Shown: in pieces, positions 24,848-35,635 of the stretch
Numbering within the stretch: the first letter of the stretch is position 1
How the letters are laid out: every line of letters starts with the position of its first letter
From: Selaginella moellendorffii
Taxonomy: Eukaryota; Plantae; Lycopodiophyta
Reading direction: 5' to 3'
Assembly: GCF_000143415.4 (NCBI RefSeq)
Contig: NW_003314299.1
Span: 1,424,316 to 1,488,315, forward strand
DNA: 64,000 nucleotides
Translations under genes and position numbers: made by a program
The notes under the pieces: model-generated
Seen by the model: the letters and a program-made list of their open reading frames with translations, nothing else
The model's database searches: none
What the model was told of the DNA's origin: nothing

Positions 24848-25150
24848 TTAATCTCGAGGCGATGTAGCCTTGATTGTCACAGTAGATTGGCGTTGGGCCA
24901 GGAAAGGAATGTCGTTGAGGAGGCGGCGATGCCAGATGGCCTCTTTGCATGCAGAACTTGCCGCAATGTACTGCCTCACAGATGGAGCAGGTAACAACGC
25001 TCTGCTTCTTGCTGCTCCAGAAGTGTGAAGGCTAAAACAATAGCCAGTATGTGACCGTCGAGAGCCCAGTTGCAAGCTTGACTCTGTAGACTTATAGAGA
25101 ATATCTCAGAAGTACCGAAAAATATGTTTAAATGCTTGCCAATGTTTGAT
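24848..25150 (-). mobile_element. Ty1/copia RT C-terminus and RNase H fragment
   Basis: HWQAFKHIFRY, SRRSHTGYCF and YIAASSACKEAIW.RRLL.D motifs. Confidence 0.85.
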
Positions 25151-25887
25151 TGTCAAGGAACCTGCTCACCACAGTTTGTCGAAGAACCCTAACTAACCTG
25201 CCACACATGTTGCTGCTGTCAAGCAAATCTTGGAAGACCTGGTTGAAGGTAGAGTGGCTGCAGTCCGCGCCGGAGAGTCTCAAAGATCCGCAGGTCATTC
25301 GAGGGCTTCATCCATCTGCGCTCCCACCAAGACACCGCCACGGCTGATTGAGACCATGCTCGCAGCTGTACAAGACATCCCTGTAAGGCTTGTGGAGATC
25401 TTATGGAGACTTTAGCTTGTCCAGGAGGCGCTTCTCTTGTTTTTAATGATATTCCTCATCAAAAGCGTGGTCTGGGTTAAGCTTGATGCTTGGAATCCAC
25501 ATCGATTTAACCACTTGCTAGAGTGGAACTTCAGGAAATCCTGACAGGGAAAAAGGAAAGCTGCTGTCTTGCGCTAGAAAGCCGTTAGTCACAAAAGGCT
25601 ACTCTCAAGTGGCTGCTGACAACAATTTGAACATTGCTCGCGCTTGCTGCAGCAGAGAATTGGCATGTTCACTAGATGGATTTAAAAACAGCTTTCCTCA
25701 ATGGAGAGCTAGACGAAGACTGTTACTTCCGATTCAGATAGCGAGGACGAGAAAGCTGCCACCGTGGGAAAGAAAAAAGAAGAGACTGCTACAGCTGGAG
25801 GAAAAAACACAGGCAGATTCAGATAGCGAAGTTCCAGGGGAGAAGAATCAAGAAGAGGCTGCTACAGCTAAATAAAATAAAACAGTG

Positions 25888-26540
25888 GACATTTACATGG
25901 AGCAGCCGGAGGGTTAACAAAATTCGAGGCAAATAGAGTTACGTCTGGAAGTTACACAAGCCTCAAAAGCGTTTTTCTCGTGCACTCTAAGCAAATCTTT
26001 ATTACAAATAAGTGGGAGATGATGTGATCTACATCACAACGACTCTCAACTGGTTTGTAACAGTTTGACCTTCCTTGCAGAGATCAAGCAAGGTTTTTCT
26101 TCCCATTTCGAGATGAAAGACCTTGGCAAAGCTCGCTATTGTCTTGGGATTCAGGTCAATTGCCAATCAGATGGCTCTCTGTTTCTCCATCAACGAAAAT
26201 ACATAGAGGACATTTTGCAACGGTTCGCTTCGGCTCCTATGGTAGCAGGTCTGAAACTCTTAAAAGATCAGTCTCCTTCAGCGGAGCAAGATGGCCCGAG
26301 TTGCTTCCTCCTCTTCCCCCCTCCTTTCCCACCTCCTCCGATGCAGCTGACAGCTTTACATAACACTGCCTTGTGCGTCCAAAACAGATGAGAAGACTAA
26401 GACTTCTTCCCACAACACCACAGCAAGGCCAGGCAAGAAGAACTGTCGCATTCCAGTGGGAGTTCTTCCAGCACGACCAGAATATACAACCCTTGCCCGC
26501 ACTGCAAGAAAACGAATCATGCTGAACACAACTGTTAGTT
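25888..26540 (+). mobile_element. Ty1/copia RT fragment followed by a gag zinc knuckle
   Basis: DIYMEQPEG; FEMKDLGKARYCLGIQV...LHQRKYIEDILQRF; CPHCKKTNHAEHNC (CX2CX4HX4C) at 26494-26535. Confidence 0.85.
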
Positions 26541-27731
26541 CGAATACCGGAGGTGGTGGCGGTGAATTTGGAGGAAAATTCGCTGTCTGCTAATCCACTC
26601 CATTCGAAGTCTAGTTTGTGCAAGAACCCGAACGATAGCGTGATATGTCAGCCAGGTGGCTGTCCGCCTACTCTTACAGGGTACAACATGCAGCAGTAGT
26701 GCTGCTGCGAGTGGGGGATTTCAAAGTCGAGGGCGATGGATATGAAGCAAGATCTAGCAGCATAGAGCTTCCCTCCTTGGCTGCAGGCAATTAGATGGAC
26801 CACGAAGCACACATCAGGATATTTCCGTGATCTTCGTGGTGATAGAGCTGGGCACTGCAGTTGTAGGCCGCACGTATTGCATTCCTCTGGCTCGGGGATC
26901 GCGTTGAAAACTCGCCTGGCCCCAGATGCGACACTGAGCGACAGTCCACAACATGGAATCCCTCAACGCCAGAAACCGTTCTGAAGGCATATTGTCAAAA
27001 ACCCGCTTAGATTCCAGCAGATGCCCTGGGAGGGCAAATGCTGCCAACCAGGCAGTCCACGATACGAAGTCGTGCATTTGGGCAAAAGTGGACTTTGACT
27101 TCGCTCTTCCGTACGCAGCTACATACAGTGCCAGAGCGCATCTGATTGCTGTGGCATGGCGTTTGTTTGCTACAGAGTGAGAGACACAAGAGAGAGAATC
27201 AAAAGTCCAATGCCTAGAGTGGAATATCCTCTCGGCAAGAGAAAGAATATCCTCCTGGCCGTGGAATATTCTCTCTAATTAAGATATCTGTGAGATTGGG
27301 CATATGCTGCGAGCATCCGTGGATTCCTCAAAATCCCCGGCCTGCGCGTACGCAACTAGCACAGACAGAGTCTTGTGCGGGATTTCATGGATTGCCTGCT
27401 CCAATCTCCACGATCTTGTTGTAGACAAACACTTCGAGCGATCCAATGCCTCGGCGCCCGCGAAAGCGTGACGAACACCGTGTCCATCCAAAAGGTTTGA
27501 ATCTGGAGCGTTGGATGGCGACAATCTCCGCCGTCTATACTTTCTTTTTGGAAGCTACCAAAACAAAGCTTCCAAGTCTTGGAACAAGCTTGAAAGCGGG
27601 AGATCCCAAGTCTCCTCTTCTTTCAGGCCGTGTTCTTATTCTCTTTCCTACACAAGAGATCAATCCAAGGAAAACACCCACACAAACTTGGAAGTACCTG
27701 GCGAGCGGGCGATGAATCTCTCCACTTCTCT

Positions 27732-28916
27732 TCACGTCGAGGAATCCATGGGCTCCTGCTCGTCGCGCACAAACCCCCGGATCTTGTCCATCACCCGGTA
27801 GTACTGCTCGGTGTTTGGAAAGATGAAGAAACCCACCGGCGTGTCCTCGAGCACAAGGACCTCCACGCTCTTCCCGGATCTCTCCATCCCCCTGGCATAC
27901 CGCAGCTGCCAGTCCTGCGTCAAATCCAGCCCCGCCACCACCACCAGCGACTTTGGCACTGGAATCTCCCCGAGCACCCTCTCCGCGTCCGAGCCGGGCC
28001 CGAAAACGTTGCAAGCCGGGTGATCCCTGTCCGCCCCCTCGGGCAAGAAGAGCTTCCAATAGTAATCCCTGTCCTTGACCGTCACAAAGTACTGCCCGTC
28101 CAGCCTCCTCTCGGACGCGGTCCTCTCCACGCCGCCAAACATGGGCATCAAGAGAACGTGCCCAACGACGCGCACCGGCCAGAGCTCGTGCCGCGCGGTA
28201 GCCGCCGCAACGCCCACGTGGTGGACCATGTTACCGCCGCTGCTGTCCCCGGCTAAAAAGCACCGCGAGAGGTCGGCCCCCGGCGGTAGCCACGTGGCAG
28301 CAACGTGCCGGGCGGCTTGCAGCCGGAGCCACCGGAGCGCCGCCAGGCCGTCGCGGTACGCCGCCGGGCAGCGGTGCTCCGGCGCCCGGCGGTAGTTGAC
28401 GGAGATGACCACCGCGCGGCACGTACGGCAGAGCTGGCGGCACACCATGTCGTACAGCGCGGTGTTGGCGGAGGAGTGCGCGTAGCTGCCGCCGTGGAAG
28501 TAGAAGATTATGGGCACTTTGTCGTCGCGATTTGCTTGCTCTTCTTGGGCGTAGGCGATGGCGGGGAGGAAGATCCGGGACCAAAGGCCGGAGGAGCGAT
28601 CAATGGTCACGTCCATGGACGCGACGCCGTCGTGTGGGGCGAGGCTAGCGCTGGCCTTGCGATCGTGGAATTCGGCGAGGTTGCGGTTGAAGGATCCGTC
28701 GGCGCCGCGCGTGAGCATGTACTCCACCTTGAGCTTGGAGATGAGGATCCAGGTGCTGAGCGGCACCACATCCTGGAAGAAGGGATCGCGATAAAGGAAT
28801 CACGCAAGAAATCTCTCAAGAAACGAAAGAAATCTCTCAAGGAACGAAGAAATCTCTCAAGAAACTCGAAATCTCACCTTCGAGGGCTTGAGAATCGCCT
28901 TGCTACAGGAATTCAT
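27732..28916 (-). CDS. GID1: Gibberellin receptor GID1 (exons 28916-28878, 28772-27732; 359 aa)
   Basis: Short first exon MNSCSKAILKPSK, then DVVPLSTWILIS, DGSFNRNLAEF.DRK, HGGSYAHSSAN..YD, GDSSGGN, YFVTVKDRDYYW and LDLTQDWQ. The catalytic His position is Val (TPVGF), as in GID1 receptors. Confidence 0.93.
28806..28876. repeat. ~21-bp minisatellite in the GID1 intron
   Basis: GAAATCTCTCAAG(A/G)AAC... three times, plus a partial copy. Confidence 0.8.
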
Positions 28917-29371
28917 CTCCAAAACCCCGCGGCGGAGCTGCTAGAACGCGCTTGGCGGCTTTCTAAATAGATCCATGGCGTGACGATCCGAAGAGCGCGG
29001 CGAGTCCTAGGCATCCATTCGCAGCCGCGTTCCAATCCGTCGCCAATCGCGTCCCTTTGCGACCCTCACAAAGCCCCACAATTTGGATCATCGCGCACGC
29101 CAAAACCGAGAAAATCCCCCGCTTGAATCACTCCAGCCAATCGTTCCCACAGTACTCTTGGCAGCATTGGATTCGATCGACCCCGAGTAGCTCGCCTGTA
29201 GATCTGCTAGGCCTATTGTGTTGCATCGATCTGGACGCTAGCGCCTTGTAGCCTCTATAAGCCCTAACAATGCCACCATGAAAAGAGAGGAATCTTCCAT
29301 GGAATAATCTCGAATTATAGCGCTAGAGGCATGAGAGCCACACAATAGAAGGTGTGGCGGGAGAGAGGGCA

Positions 29372-30152
29372 ATGGCCGATTCCATGGCGAAGCTCTCGTC
29401 CAATCTCGCGATGTTTCGCCCCGGCGTCGCGCTTCCTCCATCGCAATGCTGCCGGAATCGAAGATTGGTGGTGCGAGCGGCCGCTGGGACGATCGCCGGA
29501 GGAGGAGCCGGGGGATATCGTACCATCAGGAGAAGAGTAAGTGATCCAATCCACAATCCCAGAGTGAAAGTCGCGAGCAAGCGCGATCCAATCCAGGCGC
29601 GGCGAGGGAGCAATCGATCCAGAACGATAGCGAGCGAGGAATCCATTCCATCAGCCAAGCTCGAAAGAGTGATTTTCTTTTGCTCACGAACAGCATTCTC
29701 ATGGATTGGAACTCCTGTAGGTCGCCAAGGTGCTGTCGATCGGTGACAAATCCGCCAAGTTCCGGGATAAGGCATCCGGGGACTCGCCCAACATCAAGCT
29801 CCTCTCGCGGATCGAGCAGCTCCGGCTGCTCACCAAGGCCGAGAAGGCCGGCCTCCTCTCCACGGCCGAGAACCTGGGATTCACGCTCTCCTCCATTGAG
29901 AAGCTGGGGCTCCTCTCCAAGGCCGAGGATCTGGGCGTCCTGTCCGCCGCCACGGATCCATCCACGCCCGGCGCGCTCCTCACCACCGCGCTCGCATTGC
30001 TCCTCCTCGGCCCGGCCTTCGTCTACTTCGTCCCGGAGAACTCGGTGCCGCTCGTCGTGCTCCAGGCCGTGGTGGCGGCGGTGTCCGTGCTGGGAGGATC
30101 GGCCGCGTTCGCGGCATCGAATTTCGTGGCCACGATCCAAGCCGCGAAGTGA
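29372..30152 (+). CDS. DUF1118 thylakoid membrane protein (RIQ1/RIQ2-like); exons 29372-29536, 29721-30152
   Basis: Transit peptide (LVVRAAA), [41 protein letters not shown] and two C-terminal TM helices. Confidence 0.87.
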
Positions 30153-30252
30153 AATAGATTCCCAAGGGAATCCCAAAAACGAAAATTAGGGTTCTTCGGA
30201 TAAACCCTAGATAGGATTGTAATGGAGGTCCAATGGCGATGAGCGCGCTCCC

Positions 30253-31998
30253 ATGGCGCCCTGGCCGATTCCATGGCTCGGCCGCCTCCTCTGGCGCTCC
30301 GATCCAGCCGGTGGCGACGGCGATTTGGCCGCGATCGCGGAGTCCACGCGCAGATTTGTCACGCTGCTCAAGGCGCCGGCTATTCAATCGACGAGGGCAC
30401 CGCCAGGTCTGGTCTATTTGCTCGCATCCGAGGCTCTTTCCGAGCGATCGGCGCTGGATGCCGCGGAGGTCGTGCGCGCGATTAAGCCGGGAGCGGTGGT
30501 AGCACAGGTAGGAAATGGAGATCTCGCGGGTCTTCGGTCGGAGGAGGAGAGTGGCAAGGAGAGGATTCCAACGAGTTCTCTGGCGGTGATCGGGGCTTGT
30601 TTCTTAGATAGCTCGCAGCGCAAAAGCTTCGATAGCAAGGCAGGGGTGGAAGTTTTGCGGTCCATCTTTGGAACTACGTATCACGGTCCGGCTCTTAGCG
30701 CTAAGAACGCTGCGAGGGAGGCTAGGTGTGCGTTTCTTTTCCTCGAGACGCCGAGCACAGGGAAGAACGATGCGGGAAAGAGTGACGCTGGGCGGATTCG
30801 CTTCGGGCAAATGGTGGTCACGCCAGAGATTGCTGCTAGAGTCTACGATGCATCCTCGAGTTTCCAGGGACTAAGTTTGTGCCAGAGTTTGAGAAGCGGT
30901 GATGAGATCGTTAGACATCATGGCGACTCGCGCGAGTTTCCGGCCTATGCTTCGTCGTTCTACGCTCTCCTGGTCGATCTACACGACGCGTACCGCGAGC
31001 TCCCGGGGATGAACACGGCACTGGCGCATGCACGGAGTTTGCTCTTTGACGTTGAGCAGGGAAGGCCTGTGGATCAAACCGAGCTCGCCGGGGCTCAAAA
31101 GTTTCGCCTCGCGGTGGAGGGTCTTCGGATCGCACTCGCTGCCGCCGGTTCTCGATCCGACAGTAGCACCAGACGCTTCCGGAAAGCTCCAAAGTTTGAG
31201 GAGATGTCCGGCGCGGATCAAGGTGACGTTCTTCTCGCCCAGGCCCTCCAGGAGCAAGCGAGAGCTCACGGCTCGGTGGTGGCGGTGGTGGACGCGAGCA
31301 GCATAGCCGGTATTCGCCGGCAGTGGAACACGGCCGTGGCTCCGGACGTCCGAGACCGTGCCCGTGAGTGCTTCGTAGTGGAATTCGACAAAGTTGGCGA
31401 TGATGATGGTGACGAAAACTTAGAGAAGAAGATAGTTGGCTCCGGTGGTGCTGTGGCCGTGGTCGGGATCGCCTCGCTCCCCTGGTGGGCTTCTGCGACG
31501 ACTCCCTTCACCAAGGTTCTAGTTCTCAAGGCCCCGGCCTTCGTCAAGCTCGGGCTCGTTCAGATCAAGAGAAACGCGACGGTTGTCATCGCAAAGTCGG
31601 TCACTCCGCTCCTCACGCCAGGCAAGGCTTTCTCGGCGGTGGTGAAATCGGCTGCCAGTGCCGGGAAGGCTCGAGCCGCTGCTCATAGCGTGGTGGCTAC
31701 TGCCGAGCGAGCGACGCTATCGGCGATTCGAACAGCGTTTTACTGCTTGATGAGGAAGAAGCAAGGGATGTCGAGTGGTGGAAGGCCATGGCTGGTGCTG
31801 GGAGGAAGTGTAGCGGCTGGTGCTGGGATTTTGTGGAGCGGTGACAGGCTTGAGTCGGCCATCGAGGTGGCTCCGGCGGCTCCGAGCGTGGCTCGCTTGG
31901 GACGTGGTTTGGAAAACTTGGAGAGAGCTTCCAGGTCGTTAAGCGAGAGCCAGCCACAGCGTGTATGGGAGGATTTGTACAAAGTGCTTCACAAGTAA
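30253..31998 (+). CDS. Uncharacterised plant protein with a degenerate TraB-like fold and C-terminal hydrophobic segments
   Basis: Intronless 581-aa ORF containing LSERSALDAAEVVRAIKPGAVV and LLAQAL...VVAVVDASSIAGIRRQW. Confidence 0.75.
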   Translation: MAPWPIPWLGRLLWRSDPAGGDGDLAAIAESTRRFVTLLKAPAIQSTRAPPGLVYLLASEALSERSALDAAEVVRAIKPGAVVAQVGNGDLAGLRSEEESGKERIPTSSLAVIGACFLDSSQRKSFDSKAGVEVLRSIFGTTYHGPALSAKNAAREARCAFLFLETPSTGKNDAGKSDAGRIRFGQMVVTPEIAARVYDASSSFQGLSLCQSLRSGDEIVRHHGDSREFPAYASSFYALLVDLHDAYRELPGMNTALAHARSLLFDVEQGRPVDQTELAGAQKFRLAVEGLRIALAAAGSRSDSSTRRFRKAPKFEEMSGADQGDVLLAQALQEQARAHGSVVAVVDASSIAGIRRQWNTAVAPDVRDRARECFVVEFDKVGDDDGDENLEKKIVGSGGAVAVVGIASLPWWASATTPFTKVLVLKAPAFVKLGLVQIKRNATVVIAKSVTPLLTPGKAFSAVVKSAASAGKARAAAHSVVATAERATLSAIRTAFYCLMRKKQGMSSGGRPWLVLGGSVAAGAGILWSGDRLESAIEVAPAAPSVARLGRGLENLERASRSLSESQPQRVWEDLYKVLHK

Positions 31999-32146
31999 GT
32001 CAGGGAGTTTTGTTTATCACTCTGGACAGGTTGATTGATCGGAACATTGGATGAAGTAAGTTTATTTGCAAAGAATTCTTTTCAGCGTAGCTAACAAGTC
32101 GAAATGTTCTCTCCAGAATTTACAACTTTACAAAGCGCGGAGGTGC

Positions 32147-33197
32147 TCAAGAACAGCAGTTTGGCTTGTGCTGCAAAACCTGTCCTCTGAGTGGGATTGT
32201 GGTGGGCTTTGCAGAGCTCATCGACGGCTGGCTCGCCATTCTACACAGGAAAGAAGAGAAAACGAGAAAAAGAAAGAGAGAAGATCAACACCAACGTACC
32301 TGTTTTTGATCTCGGCAGCCATGGTCATGAAAGCTTGCTCAACGTTGGTAGCATTCTTGGCGCTGGTCTCTAGAAACGGGATTCCAATCTCATCCGCAAA
32401 GGCCTGTCACGAAGAAAGATTTTTACTTTGTACAGTAGACGGAAAGAATAAGAGATTTTGTCACCTTGGCAGTTTGGTAATCCACGACTTTCTTCGCAGT
32501 TAGATCGCACTTGTTGCCGACGAGAAGCTTGTTTACGTTCTCGCTCGCGTAGCGATCGATCTCGTTGAGCCATTGCTTGACGTTGTTGAAGCTTTCCTGG
32601 TCGGTCACGTCATAGACAACCTGAGAAAACAAAGAGTCGAGAAGATAAGAACTTGCAAGGAAAGACTGGAAAGAACTAGGAACAAATCGAGAACTTTGGA
32701 AAAGAATCGAGAAGGATCTGGCAAGAAACAAGAGAACTTACGATGATCCCATGAGCTCCCCTGTAATAGCTGCTCGTGATCGTTCTAAAACGTTCTTGGC
32801 CAGCCGTGTCCCACTGAGAGATGGAAGAACATAAGCGAAGAAGTAAAGTTCTTTCTGGCTTACAATTTGGAGCTTGATCGTCTTCCCATCCAGCTCCACG
32901 GTGCGAATTTTCTGAGAAAAGTTTTCCAGAATGAAATAACAAGGAATCCTCTCATACATACGAAGTCTACTCCAATCGTACTGATGTAGCTCTCCAGGTA
33001 AGAATCGTCCTGTGCCACAATCCATCCCCATTCAGAAGCATTCGCGAGAATATGAGCTTACAGCGAATCTCAGAAGCAAGCACGACTTTCCAACACCAGA
33101 ATCCCCGATCAGCAACAGCTTGAACAAATAGTCACTGCGATTCAAGATCAGAATCCTCGAACAGAAAGGAAGAAATTGCTTACTACTCGGGATTCAT
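32147..33197 (-). CDS. RABD2: Rab1/Ypt1-type GTPase (RabD)
   Basis: [54 protein letters not shown] and a C-terminal CCS prenylation motif; multi-exon. Confidence 0.95.
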
Positions 33198-33679
33198 GAT
33201 CAGAAGCGCGGCCCCAAAATGCAGTGAAACGAGGAACCCTAAACTCAAAAGCAACCGATTTAAGCAGATGTTTTTAAACATGTTATAATTAATTTATAAG
33301 TGTAAAACAGATTAAGGAATTGCAAAGTTTGGAGAAAAACAAACACAGTAACGTTTAAAAGAAGGACCGAAAGAAAATCAAACCAGGTGATGGCCATTGA
33401 TTCGGTCAATGGCCATTAGACACTCATCCAACAGTACTCTATACCACACATTGCACCCTTCACATAGAATTTCCCAATTTCTTAAGATCGGTTAACCCAT
33501 GTCTAATTGCTGTTCATATGGAACTTTCTTCCACTTCAATCTTCAAATTTCTCATTTGAAAACTTATTACTACCACCAAGATCTACACTAGGGCCATTAC
33601 CAATAGCAATTTTTTTTGAAACTTCCAACCTTCATAGCAACTTTAACTTTTCTCTCCATAACAATTCATCTAGTGAGCA

Positions 33680-33889
33680 TCACTTCCCAAAGCAAGATAA
33701 GAAGCCTGGGAGGTTCACCACAAGACTTGAGCCGTGAAAAAAGCTATTATACTGAGTGCACGTTGCAACCAGTACATGTGTGTGGTAGTCGTAAGAAGGA
33801 TCTGTACAGGACCGGAGGAAGCCACCACTGTTTTTGGTTGTAATTGCGGCTGAACATAAGAAAAAGAAGAGAAGAAGGAAGTACCTCAT
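33680..33889 (-). pseudogene. Secreted cyanovirin-N homolog (CVNH)-like gene, truncated
   Basis: Signal peptide MRYFLLLFFFLCSAA followed by GGFLRSCTD...HVLVATCTQYNSFFHGSSL, matching the CVNH repeat pattern F..SC...L.A.C......H.SS. Confidence 0.6.
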
Positions 33890-34350
33890 AGCTTGAGATG
33901 ATGGTTCACATGTTAATTATATATCAGTCGTGCACTTGCCAAATGTGACGAATTTCCAAAACATGCTACTATTCCTTAATTCCTTCTAGAAACTATCAAG
34001 GCTTATGAACTTTGAAACAAATGGTCACTGGCAGAATACACAAGCTACCTGTTGGACGATGAAGTTTTCTAGAAGTGCACTCCAGGATGGTTATAGTCAT
34101 GAAGTTCCATGAGAATTCTTTCCTTCTCGGAGGAAAAATGGGCCTTCCAGCTGAAACTTTAGTGCCCTCTCGGCATTCTTGAGACTCTTATTCGAGAAAT
34201 CCTGCTCGGAGCCAAGCCTCAGGTCGATTAGACAGCTCTGCGATCCTGTCTGCCCTCCCAGAACTCCGCTACTCAACTCGACTATCTCAATTTTCCATGG
34301 ATTTTCGTCACTTGCTGCCACTCAATGATCCGAAGATCTCTAGCGAACGC

Positions 34351-34600
34351 GCGCATACGCTGCTGGGCTGCTCTATGGTTGCAACGCCCCCAACTTGCCG
34401 GGGATTGGGAGCCAAGGTGGCGGCCATGGTGGTGAGCCAGCAGGCGGTGCGGCTGAGACACGAGGACCAGCTCGCCATGGAGTTTGCGCTCCAGCAACAG
34501 CAGCAACAAGCATCGCTGCCGGAGCTCACGTCAGGAATGGTGATCTTGAGTCTGGAACTAGCGCCAATTTGTAGCATTCTCTCATTCAATGAGTAAATCT
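34351..34600 (+). pseudogene. Inverted copy of the 3' end of the pfkB gene
   Basis: Encodes AKVAAMVVSQQ..RLRHED..QLAMEFALQQQQQQAS on the + strand; it is the reverse complement of about 35617-35880. Confidence 0.92.
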
Positions 34601-34899
34601 TTATCTCGAGGAAGAGTTCCATCCAAGAATATGGATAGCAATCAGGGAAGAAAATGCAAAGCACTGGAGAATAATAATACATGCTTTTTGGGTTAATATG
34701 TTATGGCATCACTTCCAATCACCAGCTTGGTCATCTTGATAACTTGAGCTTTTTGCAGTCAAGAATTTCACAAAGAGGTGTAAGAAAAAAAATATGCGCG
34801 AGAGAGATGATTACAACAATAAAATTCATTCATATCACTATTTAATCTGAAGAAGTCAACACAATCACACATTTCAGCAGTACTACGTTTGCTTTCCAA

Positions 34900-35100
34900 T
34901 CATTATCTCTCCAGTTCATGAGATTGTGAGCATCGCTTCCTGAGCAAGAGTAAGATTGGAAGGCCGTAACACTTTAGCTATAGGGACGGCCATTTTCCCA
35001 GAGTCTTTGTGTTGTCGTCATAAGAAGGATATTTGCAAGACCTGATGAAGCCACCCGAACAGAAGGAAAAAAAAATGAAAAGAGAAGAAAGTAATCTTGA
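34900..35100 (-). pseudogene. Second, more decayed CVNH-like copy
   Basis: Minus strand reads a hydrophobic leader remnant then SGGFIRSCKYPSYDDNTKTL, paralogous to GGFLRSCTDPSYDYHTHVL. Confidence 0.55.
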
Positions 35101-35635
35101 CTGTCTTATATACTAGGATTGGAGTGGATCGAAGTTTACCAGCCATTAGATTGTGCACGCCAAATGTGATGAATCTCCAAAAGCTCCATTCCACGTATGA
35201 TATAGACTTTTAATAAACCATCAAAGCTAGCTTCTTGGCTTGTTCTCTGCACTTAGAAACAAATGGTCAGTCAAAATCCCTGCTTCGCGCTAAAGGATCC
35301 ACTGTTACACGGCAGAGCTTTCGAAAGCAAGACGGCAAATAGTCATAAAGCTTATTTTCGTAGGAAAACGCCAAGCCTCAAATCGATTAGACAGCTATGC
35401 TGCGCGATTGTAGTCATGCTTCTGCAAAGCAACCATCTCGATTTTCCATGGATCTTCGTCACTGGCTGCCACTTCTATTCCGAAAGAAGCAGCTGCTTGC
35501 TTGGCAGCTTTCAACCAGCCTGGACTTGCTAAACTGCTGGTTTCATCGCAATTGAAACCTAGCTGGGCTGAGTAGCATCCTTGGCGAGCTGGATCAAAAG
35601 AGAGGTCAGCTCTCAAAGACTTACTCAATGAGTTG

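Larger units (their letters stand above)
24430..27524 (-). pseudogene. Pseudogenised duplicate of the PPR gene at 12252-14324, split by a ~2-kb insertion
   Basis: Identical start MSPSNAPDSNL. 26687-27524 aligns with 12552-14324 with large deletions; 24430-24650 aligns with 12270-12550. Confidence 0.88.
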
